A stretch of 32,000 nucleotides of DNA from Candidatus Pelagibacter ubique HTCC1062 (GTDB lineage Bacteria; Pseudomonadota; Alphaproteobacteria; Pelagibacterales; Pelagibacteraceae): the NCBI RefSeq assembly GCF_000012345.1, contig NC_007205.1:1140001-1172000 (forward strand), in the 5' to 3' direction. This document shows, one piece after another, positions 1 to 9,109 of this stretch. Under the pieces are notes generated by a model that saw only the letters and a list, made by a program, of their open reading frames with translations, made no database searches and was not told the DNA's origin. Within the stretch, counting starts at the first letter, position 1. Every line of letters begins with the position of its first letter. The translations under genes and the position numbers were made by a program.

Positions 1-461
1 ATCCATTCCATTTCTCTTTCAGACGTTCCGACATCTGGAGCTGGAACATTTAATGCTGGAGAAATAAAACCTTTATTAATTAATTTACTAGCAAACGCTT
101 TAGTAATTTCTCTAAGTTGAGGCATTGTGTAATTTTTAGGATTAATTTTTAAACCCCCTTTAGCTCCTCCAAAAGGGATATTAACTATTGCACATTTGTA
201 AGTCATCAAAGATGCTAGAGCTTCAGTATCATCTTGATCAACCGTTTCTGAATATCTTAGTCCACCTTTAGTTGGAAGAATGTGCTCTGAGTGAACAGCT
301 CTCCATCCAGTAAAGTTATTAATTTTGCCATCTAAGACAACACCCACATTTACTTTAATTAATGAGTGAATAGATTTTAAATGTTCAAGTAAATCATCAC
401 TAAAGTTTAGTAATTTAGCTGATTTATCTACATGTAAATTGACGTTATCTTTAAAGCTCAT
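1..461 (-). CDS. Glu/Leu/Phe/Val-family amino-acid dehydrogenase (glutamate-dehydrogenase-like), N-terminal part; gene continues beyond the window edge
   Basis: Not in the ORF track because it runs off the window. Manual minus-strand translation from ATG at 461..459 gives MSFKDNVNLHVDKSAKLL...ALASLMTYKCAIVNIPFGGAKGGLKINPKNYTMPQLREITKAFASKLINKGFISPALNVPAPDVGTSEREMEW. The IPFGGAKGG (catalytic Lys, Gly-rich) and VPAPDVGT blocks are hallmarks of the GDH superfamily. Confidence 0.75.
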   Translation of the reverse strand, partial: MSFKDNVNLHVDKSAKLLNFSDDLLEHLKSIHSLIKVNVGVVLDGKINNFTGWRAVHSEHILPTKGGLRYSETVDQDDTEALASLMTYKCAIVNIPFGGAKGGLKINPKNYTMPQLREITKAFASKLINKGFISPALNVPAPDVGTSEREMEW

Positions 462-478
462 TAATAATTATTATATCT

Positions 479-967
479 TTAATTTATTTTTTTCCAATAA
501 CCATAAACACAACGTGTGCCCCGTCTAGAGCAATCATATGTATCATGCAAGACACCATCTTTGACAACCGTTATGTGCTTTGAACAAGATACAATTAAAG
601 TCCCACTTGGAAGTTCATCTTTCTTTAAATGAACTTTACAACCTTGACCAATAAACATAGTTGGCGTCCACTGCCACCCAAGTTTTTCAAGATATTTTTT
701 AACCACCACTCTATGAGTGCCTGATCTTGGGCTATCATTTTTTTGTTTTAGGCTTCTAGCAAGTTTTGTTCTTGATGTGGTTCTAAATTCTTCATTTGCT
801 TTATAAAGATCATCATAAATTTTTTGATAAGGAAGATTTGTTACAATTGCAATAGATCTAACTACACAGTCTCCAGCTTTACCTTTATATCCAGCAGCAG
901 CTCTGCCTCCATCATTGATTTCTAGTTCTAAATTGCTACTTGAAAATAATCTTTTAAAGAAATTCAC
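479..967 (-). CDS. Hypothetical protein, 162 aa, possible Cys/His hydrolase fold
   Basis: Long ORF with a 4-nt ATGA overlap to the upstream ORF. Motifs KAGDCVVRSIAIV near the N-terminus and CSKHITVVKDGVLHDTYD near the C-terminus have the order expected for a Cys-His-Asp hydrolase. I recognise no family. Confidence 0.55.
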   Translation of the reverse strand: MNFFKRLFSSSNLELEINDGGRAAAGYKGKAGDCVVRSIAIVTNLPYQKIYDDLYKANEEFRTTSRTKLARSLKQKNDSPRSGTHRVVVKKYLEKLGWQWTPTMFIGQGCKVHLKKDELPSGTLIVSCSKHITVVKDGVLHDTYDCSRRGTRCVYGYWKKIN

Positions 968-1269
968 GATTTAGTTTTATGATCTAAGATCTCGATCATA
1001 CACTGGGTTGCATATTCACGCCATTCACTAGCAGTTTTGCCTTTAAGACTATCAAGCTGTTGCTTGTTACTATTAATGCTTTCTTGGTATTTAACTTTAT
1101 CAGTTTCTTCTAGATTTTTTTCCATGTTAGCAAGATTGGTTTCCATGGCACTAATCCAACCATTACCAAGTTCAACACATTTAACATCATCTTTCTCATC
1201 ACAAACTTGCTTGAAGAAATTGAAAATAACATCATCTGTTTTAATCTCTTTGCTCATCTTATCTGCCAA
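964..1269 (-). CDS. Hypothetical small acidic, probably helical protein (101 aa)
   Basis: ORF translationally coupled to 479..967 (ATGA overlap). It overlaps the SulP stop by 11 nt. Composition is rich in E/D/K with heptad-like stretches (NLANMEKNLEETDKVKYQESINSNKQQLDSLKGK). No recognisable family. Confidence 0.45.
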   Translation of the reverse strand: MADKMSKEIKTDDVIFNFFKQVCDEKDDVKCVELGNGWISAMETNLANMEKNLEETDKVKYQESINSNKQQLDSLKGKTASEWREYATQCMIEILDHKTKS

Positions 1270-2869
1270 AAATACCTAATTTAACATCATAATCAACTGC
1301 AATTCCATAATCAGGATCATCATCACTATCAACTACTAATTGGCCTGCTCTACTTAATAATCTATGACAATCACGAGTTAGATGTCTAAGTTTAACTTTT
1401 TTTCCAAAACTATTATATTTATCAGCAATGTCTTCAATTGCTTTTAATGCAGATTGATCAATTACTTTTGATCCTGCAAAATCTATAATAATTACATCAG
1501 GATCTTGTTCTGGTTTAAATAATTCTAAAAAACTATCTGTTGAACTAAAAAATAGCGGTCCTTCTATTTCATAAACTTTAGCACCCTTTTCTCTAACGGA
1601 TGCTCTCTCAACTGCTCTAATTCTTGATGCAGATTTCCAAGCAAACACTAATGCTGATACAATAACACCAACAATTACAGCAACGGCTAAATCTTCTAAA
1701 ACAGTTACAACAGTTACAAGAACAATTACTAATGCATCACTCTTTGGTACAAAAAATAATATCTTTAATGAGTTCCAGGCAAAGGTTCCAATCACTACCA
1801 TAAACATTACACCAACTAGTGCTGCAATTGGGATCATCTCAATATAGTTTGATGTATATAAAATAAAAATTAATAAGAATACTGCTGCAGCTATTCCTGC
1901 AATTCTTGTTCTACCGCCTGATTTTACGTTAATCATAGATTGACCAATCATCGCACATCCACCCATACCCCCAAAAAAACCAGTAACTGTATTTGCAAAG
2001 CCTTGTGCTAAGCATTCCTGACTAGCCCCACCTCTTTTATTAGTAATTTCACCAACTAAGTTAAGAGTTAACAGGCTTTCAATTAAGCCAATGGCTGACA
2101 ATATAAATGCATAAGGAAAAATGATCTTTAAAGTTTCAAAGTTTAAAGGAACACTTGGAATTGAAAATATTGGTAATCCTCCTTTAACACTTGCAAGATC
2201 TCCAACACTTGGAATATCAATCTTTAATGCTAAAACTAATACAGATGTAACTAAAATTGCAGCAAGTGTTGCTGGAACCGCTTTAGTAATCTTTGGTAGT
2301 AACCAAATGATTAACATCGTTAAAATAACGAACCCTACTGAATAATATAAAGTGTTTCCTGAAATCCATTCTAATTGCCCCATTGCATTAAGGGTTTTAA
2401 ACTGACTAAGTTGTGAAATACCAATAACAATTGCAAGGCCATTAACAAAACCTAACATTACCGGTTGGGGTACCATTCTAATAAATTTTCCAAGCTTAAA
2501 GACACCCGCTAATAATTGTAAAATTCCCATCAAAACTACGGTTGCAAACAAATACTGTGCACCGTGATCCATAACAAGGGACACCATAACAACAGCTAAA
2601 GCACCGGTTGCTCCTGAAATCATTCCAGGTCTTCCACCAAACACAGCTGTAATTAAACCAACAATAAAAGCTGCATAAAGCCCTGATAAAGGTGCAACTC
2701 CTGCAACAAAAGCAAAGGCAATAGCTTCAGGAACTAACGCTAAAGCAACTGTTAAACCAGATAAAACTTCAATTCTAAATAAAGAAAAGGATGCCCCTTC
2801 TTTTGGAATATAATTTTGTGAATTAAAACCAATAGATTTTGCAAATGATGAGAGTGTGGTTTTAATCAA
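1259..2869 (-). CDS. SulP-family anion permease with C-terminal STAS domain
   Basis: 536 aa with multiple TM segments. SulP-like N-terminal region (GLTVALALVPEAIAFAFVAGVAPLSGLYAAFIVGLITAVFGGRPGMISGATGALAVVM). Cytoplasmic STAS-like tail (KVYEIEGPLFFSSTDSFLELF...IIIDFAGSKVIDQSALKAIEDI). Start is TTG in the track. Confidence 0.9.
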   Translation of the reverse strand: MIKTTLSSFAKSIGFNSQNYIPKEGASFSLFRIEVLSGLTVALALVPEAIAFAFVAGVAPLSGLYAAFIVGLITAVFGGRPGMISGATGALAVVMVSLVMDHGAQYLFATVVLMGILQLLAGVFKLGKFIRMVPQPVMLGFVNGLAIVIGISQLSQFKTLNAMGQLEWISGNTLYYSVGFVILTMLIIWLLPKITKAVPATLAAILVTSVLVLALKIDIPSVGDLASVKGGLPIFSIPSVPLNFETLKIIFPYAFILSAIGLIESLLTLNLVGEITNKRGGASQECLAQGFANTVTGFFGGMGGCAMIGQSMINVKSGGRTRIAGIAAAVFLLIFILYTSNYIEMIPIAALVGVMFMVVIGTFAWNSLKILFFVPKSDALVIVLVTVVTVLEDLAVAVIVGVIVSALVFAWKSASRIRAVERASVREKGAKVYEIEGPLFFSSTDSFLELFKPEQDPDVIIIDFAGSKVIDQSALKAIEDIADKYNSFGKKVKLRHLTRDCHRLLSRAGQLVVDSDDDPDYGIAVDYDVKLGIFGR

Positions 2870-2995
2870 TGTGTTTAAATTTTAATTATTTATGAGTCGG
2901 TGTGTTATCTATTTAGTAAAGCAAGCAGTTGATAAAGTCTAGTTTCAATTAATACGTGTTAACAAATTTGGGACGAATCAGATACATAATGATTA

Positions 2996-3027
2996 AGAGG
3001 TAGTGGCGGGAGACTAAAACTACCTCT
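2996..3027 (-). terminator. Perfect 9-bp stem-loop directly after the HIT gene stop; possible terminator or leader structure of the SulP mRNA
   Basis: AGAGGTAGT (2996..3004) pairs perfectly with ACTACCTCT (3019..3027), with a 14-nt G-rich loop. It lies 4 nt downstream of the HIT stop on the minus strand. There is no convincing U-tract, so terminator function is uncertain. Confidence 0.35.
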
Positions 3028-3031
3028 GTCT

Positions 3032-3436
3032 TTATCCCTTAAAATACTTTTTAATTTTTGAAATAGTTTTCGCTAATAGAACTTTTGAATAAGGTTTTCC
3101 TTTAATAACCCAAACCGATAGTGGCCACGTACTGTCTTTAGTAGATCTTGCAATAATATGAATATGTAATTGAGGAACAATATTGCCAATTTTTTCAACA
3201 TTAAGTTTTTTTGTTTTAAATATTTTTTTCATTAACTTGCTGCAATGAACAATTTCTTTCATTAATAACATTTGATCTTTTGAATTAAGTTCTGAGATAT
3301 CGGTTATATTTTTTCGCTTTGGAATTAAAATGATCCAAGGAAATTTAGCATTATCAATTAAACGAATACTACATAATTTTAATTCAGTTATTAAATGAGA
3401 ATCTTTTAGAAAACTTTTACTTACTTTATTTGCCAT
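3032..3436 (-). CDS. HIT (histidine triad) family nucleotide hydrolase/transferase
   Basis: 134 aa with the histidine triad motif VPQLHIHIIAR (H-x-H-x-H-x-x). Confidence 0.85.
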   Translation of the reverse strand: MANKVSKSFLKDSHLITELKLCSIRLIDNAKFPWIILIPKRKNITDISELNSKDQMLLMKEIVHCSKLMKKIFKTKKLNVEKIGNIVPQLHIHIIARSTKDSTWPLSVWVIKGKPYSKVLLAKTISKIKKYFKG

Positions 3437-3438
3437 AA

Positions 3439-4224
3439 CTACAGTTTGAAATATTCATATAAAAATTTTGCAGCAATGATAAGTAAAAATATTCCAAAAT
3501 ATTTACTAATTCTATTCTTATCAATTGTATGAACTGTTCTTGCACCAATTCTAGCCATAAAGGTTGTAATCGGTATAAAAATTAAAAAAGCAGGAATATT
3601 TAAAAAACCAATACTTAATGGAATATTTGTTTTTAAATAACTGCCAGTTATCAAAAATCCGATTGCGCCAAATAATGCTATTAAAAAACCAATAGCTGCA
3701 GCGCTACCTATAGCTCTATTAATTGAGTAACCAAAAAACTTTAGAATTGGAACATTCATAACAGCCCCTCCAATACCCATGGGTGCCGAGATAAAACCTA
3801 CTAAAAATCCTAAAATAATTTTCAAATGAAGCTTAATTTTAAGAGTTATATTTTTTTCCTTTTCTTTTAATAATAAAAGATAAATACTTAATAAAAATAT
3901 TACGATTGCAAAGAAAAGAACTAAGGTTTTAGTTTTAAGAGTTGCTGCAAAAATTGTTCCAAAAATAACACCAAGTACTACAAATATTCCATAACTTTTA
4001 ACTATATCAAAATCCACTGCTTTAAATTTATGATGAGTTAAAACTGAGACAGTTGAGGTTGGTATTATGATTGCAAATGATGTTCCAACTGCAAGGTGCA
4101 TGACATATTGTTGATCAATCCCTAAAGAATTAAAAATATAAAACAAAAATGGAACTGTAATTAATCCACCGCCAATACCAAATAAACCTGCAACAAATCC
4201 CACAGGAATAGCGGTTAAGGCCAT
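3439..4224 (-). CDS. TauE/SafE (TSUP, DUF81) family membrane anion exporter
   Basis: 261 aa, about 8 TM segments. Internally duplicated Gly-rich helices (GLFGIGGGLITVP and PMGIGGAVMNVP) are typical of the TSUP/TauE family. Confidence 0.8.
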   Translation of the reverse strand: MALTAIPVGFVAGLFGIGGGLITVPFLFYIFNSLGIDQQYVMHLAVGTSFAIIIPTSTVSVLTHHKFKAVDFDIVKSYGIFVVLGVIFGTIFAATLKTKTLVLFFAIVIFLLSIYLLLLKEKEKNITLKIKLHLKIILGFLVGFISAPMGIGGAVMNVPILKFFGYSINRAIGSAAAIGFLIALFGAIGFLITGSYLKTNIPLSIGFLNIPAFLIFIPITTFMARIGARTVHTIDKNRISKYFGIFLLIIAAKFLYEYFKL

Positions 4225-4264
4225 TAGTAGGCTAAAGTATATGTACTCGTTAGATAAAAGAGAA

Positions 4265-5257
4265 CTAAGCAGATTGACTTACCGACGTGTCGACATTGTT
4301 ATATTTAATCTTATCCATGATGTGATCAATCTTTTTAACATCGGCATCTCTAACACACATATTTTCGCTTAAATACCTTTTCCAAAAGCTAGATCCTGTT
4401 TGACCATGAAATAATCCAAGTGTATGTCTCATAATTTGATTTAAACGTGTTCCTTTTTTTATTTCTTCTCTAACGTACGGTAGCAACTGTTCAATTACAT
4501 CTTGTCGACTTGGTACATTTTCATTATTAAATATATCTCTTTCAATATCAGCTAATAAATAAGGAGTATGGTAAGCAGCACGTCCGATCATAACTCCATC
4601 AACTTTATCTAAGTGATCTTTCATTTGATCGGTTGTGGTAATTCCACCGTTAATAATGATTTCTTCATTAGGGAAATCTTTTTTTAATCTATAGACAAAA
4701 TCATACTTTAAAGGAGGAATGTTTAGATTTTGTTTAGGGGTAAATTTTCCAAGAATAGCTTTTCTTGCATGAATGATGAAAGTTTTAACACCAGTGCTTT
4801 TTAAAGTTGAAATAAAACGATGTAAGTTTTCATAGTCTTCAGTATCATCGTAACCAATTCTTGTTTTAATCGTGACCGGTAACTTTGTAACCGATTGCAT
4901 TTTACTCAAGCAGTCTGCAACCAAATTTGGTTCTTTCATTAAACATGCACCAAATTTATTTTTCTCAACTTTTTTTGAAGGGCAACCAAGGTTTAAATTT
5001 ATCTCATCATAACCAAAGTCTTCACCCACTTTCGTTGCCTCTGCAAGTAAAGTTGGAGACGATCCACCAATTTGAAGGGCTATTGGTTTTTCATTTATAT
5101 TAAATTCTAATAGTTTTTTTTTATCCCCTCGATGAATAGCTTCAGAGACAACCATTTCACTATAGAGCAATGTATTTTTACTAATCAGTCTTAGAAAAAA
5201 ACGTTCATGACGATCAGTACAATCCATCATAGGTGCAACGGATACTTTCCTGTTCAT
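4265..5257 (-). CDS. dusA: tRNA-dihydrouridine synthase A
   Basis: 330 aa. The N-terminus VSVAPMMDCTDRHERFFLRLIS is the characteristic DusA signature. TIM-barrel FMN motifs are present (INLNLGCPS, TIKTRIG, IIHARKA). Confidence 0.9.
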   Translation of the reverse strand: MNRKVSVAPMMDCTDRHERFFLRLISKNTLLYSEMVVSEAIHRGDKKKLLEFNINEKPIALQIGGSSPTLLAEATKVGEDFGYDEINLNLGCPSKKVEKNKFGACLMKEPNLVADCLSKMQSVTKLPVTIKTRIGYDDTEDYENLHRFISTLKSTGVKTFIIHARKAILGKFTPKQNLNIPPLKYDFVYRLKKDFPNEEIIINGGITTTDQMKDHLDKVDGVMIGRAAYHTPYLLADIERDIFNNENVPSRQDVIEQLLPYVREEIKKGTRLNQIMRHTLGLFHGQTGSSFWKRYLSENMCVRDADVKKIDHIMDKIKYNNVDTSVSQSA

Positions 5258-5279
5258 ACTAAACTTTTATATTATTTTT

Positions 5280-5822
5280 TTAGCTATTTGTAGTCTCTGA
5301 ATCGTCAGAGTTTACTTCAGTTGTTTCAGCTTCTGTTTCAGCTTCAGCTATTTGATCTAAAGAAACTGCTGTCTCTTCATCTCCCACTTCTAACTCTGCA
5401 TCAACGTCAACTTCTGGCTCTGCCTTTGCAGTTAATTCTTCTAAATCATCAGAGGATACTTGAATTTTTTCAGGAATTTTTCTAGCTCTTTTAGATGGTA
5501 AAATAGGAGTTCCACTTTTAGAAATTTCACCTTTGTACATACTTTCAAAATCATCACCAATAATTTCATCATCATCAGTACCATCGTCAACTTGCTCAAC
5601 GTGTTTTCTAAGTTTGTGAATAGCGCTATCTGTTAAGTCTGAAACTTTAATAGTGTCTGCTGCAATTTCTCTTAAAGATATAACTGTGTTTTTGTCATTA
5701 TCTCTATCTAAAGTTGGTTCTAAACCAGAATTTAATTGAACGGCTCTTTCTTTAGCAACTAAAACTAATTCGTAAGGACTTTCTACTTTATCTATGCAAT
5801 CTTCTACTGTTACTCTAGCCAT
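5280..5822 (-). CDS. rpoZ: DNA-directed RNA polymerase omega subunit with a long acidic C-terminal extension
   Basis: N-terminus [30 protein letters not shown] is the canonical omega fold. The rest (about residues 75-180) is D/E-rich low complexity. Confidence 0.9.
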   Translation of the reverse strand: MARVTVEDCIDKVESPYELVLVAKERAVQLNSGLEPTLDRDNDKNTVISLREIAADTIKVSDLTDSAIHKLRKHVEQVDDGTDDDEIIGDDFESMYKGEISKSGTPILPSKRARKIPEKIQVSSDDLEELTAKAEPEVDVDAELEVGDEETAVSLDQIAEAETEAETTEVNSDDSETTNS

Positions 5823-5865
5823 GCGCAGTATCTATACAGTAGTTAAAAAAAAATCAAGGATAATT

Positions 5866-7074
5866 CTATAAATAATCAGGATTAAGCTTATTCTTTACAA
5901 GGAATAACAACAATATTGCTATTAAAATATAAGATCCTGAAACAAGAGCAATTTGCTCAATAGAAAGGCTATTATCAATCAAAATTCCAAAGAGCGCTGT
6001 ACCAAATGCAGTTGAAAATACCATTAACGCTGTGGTTAATGCTTTAATGGAACCAATATATCTCACTCCATAAATCTCAGCCCAAGTAGCAGAACCTAGA
6101 ACATTTGCTAAACCGTTTGAAATCCCAATTAAACCTAAAAATACAAATGATGAAATTGGTGAGTTAAAATAATAAAGCACAAACGTTGCAACTAATAAAG
6201 GAATGTTCATATAAATTATTAATTTTCGACTACTAAACTTATCAATTAAAAAGCCTGTTAAAAATAAAGTAATCACTGATAAAATTGAATACACCATAAA
6301 GGATTGGGCAATAACATATGGTCCCCAACCTTTAGATGACACTATAAAAGATTGATAAACAAATGTACCCGTTGCAATCCAAGGCATCGCTAACATGCTT
6401 AAACATATAATATAAAAGCGATAATCTTTTAAAACTTCACCTCTCGTCCATTGTTTTATATCTTTAGTTTTAATATTTGTGGCAATAGATGTTTCTCTTG
6501 AGTCTAATTTAACGTTTTTAACTAATGTAACAATGACAATAGGTAAAATGATAATAACTGAAATTGATATGGCTATCCAAATATTTCTCCAATCAATAAA
6601 AGTTAATAAAAAAATAATTAATAAGGGTAAAATAAATTCAGCTAACGATAAACCAAGCCAAGTTGTGCTTAATGCACGTCCCCTAGTCTTTTCAAAAAAT
6701 CTTGATATTGTTGTGGTTGCAGTGTGAGACATTAGTCCTTGACCTGATAACCTCATTAAGAAAATTGATAAAAATAAGAAAGCGACTGATGAAATTTTAG
6801 AAAATAAAAAACAAGAGATCGCTAGTAACGCAATGACATAAGATGCAAATTTTAAAATATTAAAGTCATCTATTTTTTTACCAACCCAAACAAGTATAAA
6901 ACTACTTAATAGAGTAGCAGATGCATAGATAGATCCAAACTGACCATGCGTGATAGAAAGCGCGTCTCTTATGCTTGAATTAAATAATCCTAGAAAAAAA
7001 CTCTGTCCAAAGCTTGAAAAAAATGTAAATATAAATCCAAATAAAATTACTTTAAAATTCAAACTTTTAAACAT
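5866..7074 (-). CDS. MFS-type transporter
   Basis: 402 aa, about 12 predicted TM helices with a central loop. No substrate can be inferred. Confidence 0.75.
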   Translation of the reverse strand: MFKSLNFKVILFGFIFTFFSSFGQSFFLGLFNSSIRDALSITHGQFGSIYASATLLSSFILVWVGKKIDDFNILKFASYVIALLAISCFLFSKISSVAFLFLSIFLMRLSGQGLMSHTATTTISRFFEKTRGRALSTTWLGLSLAEFILPLLIIFLLTFIDWRNIWIAISISVIIILPIVIVTLVKNVKLDSRETSIATNIKTKDIKQWTRGEVLKDYRFYIICLSMLAMPWIATGTFVYQSFIVSSKGWGPYVIAQSFMVYSILSVITLFLTGFLIDKFSSRKLIIYMNIPLLVATFVLYYFNSPISSFVFLGLIGISNGLANVLGSATWAEIYGVRYIGSIKALTTALMVFSTAFGTALFGILIDNSLSIEQIALVSGSYILIAILLLFLVKNKLNPDYL

Positions 7075-7088
7075 AGGAAATAGAAATT

Positions 7089-7955
7089 ATGAGCAATGTT
7101 GCATTTATAGGTTTAGGTGTCATGGGTTATCCAATGGCAGGATATATATCAAAAGCAGGTCACAATGTAACTGTTTATAATAGAACAGCTGCAAAAGCTG
7201 ATAAATGGGTTGCTGAATATAAAGGGTCAAAAGCAGATACTCCTGCAAAAGCTGCTGAGGATGCTGACTTTGTGTTTACCTGTGTTGGTAATGATAACGA
7301 TTTACGAGAAGTAACTTTTGGTGACAACGGTATCTTTAAAACAATTAAAAAAGGCTCAGTTTACATTGATAACACAACCGCTTCTGCAACGATTGCTAGA
7401 GAAATTTATGAGCATTCATTAAAAAGTGAATTTGGTTTCTTAGATGCACCGGTATCAGGTGGACAAGCTGGTGCTGAAAATGGTGCTCTAACTGTTATGA
7501 TTGGTGGAGATCAAGCAAACTTTGATAAAGCAAAAGACATTATTGATTGTTACAGCAAAAAGATGAAATTATTAGGTGGTGCTGGTAATGGTCAATTAGC
7601 AAAAATGGTTAACCAAATTTGTATTGCAGGTCTTGTTCAAGGTTTATCAGAAGCAATTAACTTTGGAAAAAAAGCAGGTTTAAATATGGAAGATGTAATT
7701 GAAGTTATATCTAAAGGTGCTGCTCAATCTTGGCAAATGGAAAACAGATATAAAACGATGATTGATGATCAGTTTGAATTTGGTTTTGCAGTTGATTGGA
7801 TGAGAAAAGATTTAAAAATTGCTATGGATGAAGCTAAAAATAATGGCTCTCAACTTCCTGTAACTGAAATCGTTGATAAATATTACGGTGAAGTTCAAGA
7901 AATGGGTGGAAACCGTTGGGATACTTCCAGTTTAATTAGAAGACTAAGTAAATAA
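7089..7955 (+). CDS. NAD(P)-dependent 3-hydroxyisobutyrate dehydrogenase / beta-hydroxyacid dehydrogenase family
   Basis: 288 aa. Rossmann motif VAFIGLGVMGYPMAG at the N-terminus. Family blocks DAPVSGG..GAENGALTVMIGG and GNGQLAKMVNQ. Confidence 0.85.
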   Translation: MSNVAFIGLGVMGYPMAGYISKAGHNVTVYNRTAAKADKWVAEYKGSKADTPAKAAEDADFVFTCVGNDNDLREVTFGDNGIFKTIKKGSVYIDNTTASATIAREIYEHSLKSEFGFLDAPVSGGQAGAENGALTVMIGGDQANFDKAKDIIDCYSKKMKLLGGAGNGQLAKMVNQICIAGLVQGLSEAINFGKKAGLNMEDVIEVISKGAAQSWQMENRYKTMIDDQFEFGFAVDWMRKDLKIAMDEAKNNGSQLPVTEIVDKYYGEVQEMGGNRWDTSSLIRRLSK

Positions 7956-7961
7956 TCTCGT

Positions 7962-8561
7962 ATGCAACCAGCGTACTACGAAGATTTTGAAGAGATCAAA
8001 AATAAAATCTGGTATATGCTGGATAATGCTATCAAAGATAGAGGGTCTCAATTTAGAATTCCTGTATTTATTTGTGGTGGTCAAGATGACTTTGATGGAA
8101 GAATTGTAGTCCTTAGAAAATCAGATAGAGAAAACAATATTATCCAATACCATAGTGATATCAGATCAGATAAAATTGCTAAATTAAAAGCAAATAAGAA
8201 TGCATCAATGTTATTTTATGACAAGGATGAGAAGATACAAGTTAGACTTAAAGTTGAGTGCACCGTTAATCATGAAAATGATATTACAAAACAGTCCTGG
8301 TTAAAAACAGGACACATGAGTAGAAAATGTTATTTAGTTGATAACGGACCAGGAACATTATCTGAAACCCCTACTTCAGGACTAAAGCCTGAACTAGATA
8401 ATTTTGAATTTACAATGGAGCAAAGTGAAGTGGGATATAAAAATTTTACTGTTATTCAATGTAAAATTAAAAGTATGGAATGGCTTTATTTAGCAGCCAA
8501 AGGTCACCGTCGTGCTAAATTCGATTTAGAAAATAACAAGGATACCTGGTTAATTCCTTAA
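7962..8561 (+). CDS. Pyridoxamine-5'-phosphate-oxidase-like FMN-binding family protein
   Basis: 199 aa. The pattern GRIVVLRKSD...IQYHSDIRSDKIAKLKANKNASMLFYD...IQVRLK resembles the split-barrel PNPOx family. Confidence 0.55.
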   Translation: MQPAYYEDFEEIKNKIWYMLDNAIKDRGSQFRIPVFICGGQDDFDGRIVVLRKSDRENNIIQYHSDIRSDKIAKLKANKNASMLFYDKDEKIQVRLKVECTVNHENDITKQSWLKTGHMSRKCYLVDNGPGTLSETPTSGLKPELDNFEFTMEQSEVGYKNFTVIQCKIKSMEWLYLAAKGHRRAKFDLENNKDTWLIP

Positions 8562-9109
8562 AAAACTGATTTAGAATATTTTTTCCAATTATCTTGGTAA
8601 TGAATTGCATTTTCAGTAATTGACTTTGCCTCTTCTGTTGAGACTTGTCTTACAATTTTACCAGGGGATCCAATCACTAGAGAATTGTCGGGAATGACTT
8701 TGTTTTCTGTGATCAATGCATTAGCTCCTATGATGCAATTTTTTCCAATCTTTGCACCATTTAAAATTACAGCACCAATTCCAATTAAAGAATTGTCTTC
8801 AATCGTGCAGCCATGCAACATAACCAAGTGACCAATAGTTACATCTTTACCAATTTTTAAAGGGTAACCTGGATCGGTATGCAATACACTGCCATCTTGT
8901 ATATTGGAGCCTTCACCGATATGAATATTTTCAACATCCCCTCTTAAAGTTACATTAAACCAAATGCTGGTATTTTTTTCTAGCGTGACATCACCAATGA
9001 TAGATGCATTAGATGCAGACCAATTATCACCTAAATTTTTAACTTTTTTATCTTCCAAATCATAAAACATAACATATATATTATTATAACATGCCGTTAA
9101 AAACTCCAA
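8558..9109 (-). CDS. Gamma-class carbonic anhydrase-like / left-handed beta-helix (hexapeptide repeat) protein
   Basis: SIWFNVTLRGDVENIHIGEGSNIQDGSVLHTDPGYPLKIGKDVTIGHLVMLHGCTIEDNSLIGIGAVILNGAKIG is the typical YrdA/PaaY-type LbH pattern with conserved His residues. The true start is probably the internal MFYDLEDKK (about 9070), which removes the divergent overlap with the next gene. Confidence 0.85.
   Translation of the reverse strand: MEFLTACYNNIYVMFYDLEDKKVKNLGDNWSASNASIIGDVTLEKNTSIWFNVTLRGDVENIHIGEGSNIQDGSVLHTDPGYPLKIGKDVTIGHLVMLHGCTIEDNSLIGIGAVILNGAKIGKNCIIGANALITENKVIPDNSLVIGSPGKIVRQVSTEEAKSITENAIHYQDNWKKYSKSVF

Noticed and set aside
2870-3031. Known riboswitch (SAM, glycine, TPP) in the SulP leader
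   Set aside because: I could not find the conserved core sequences of these classes by eye. Only a simple hairpin is evident, so I kept it as a low-interest finding and made no riboswitch call.
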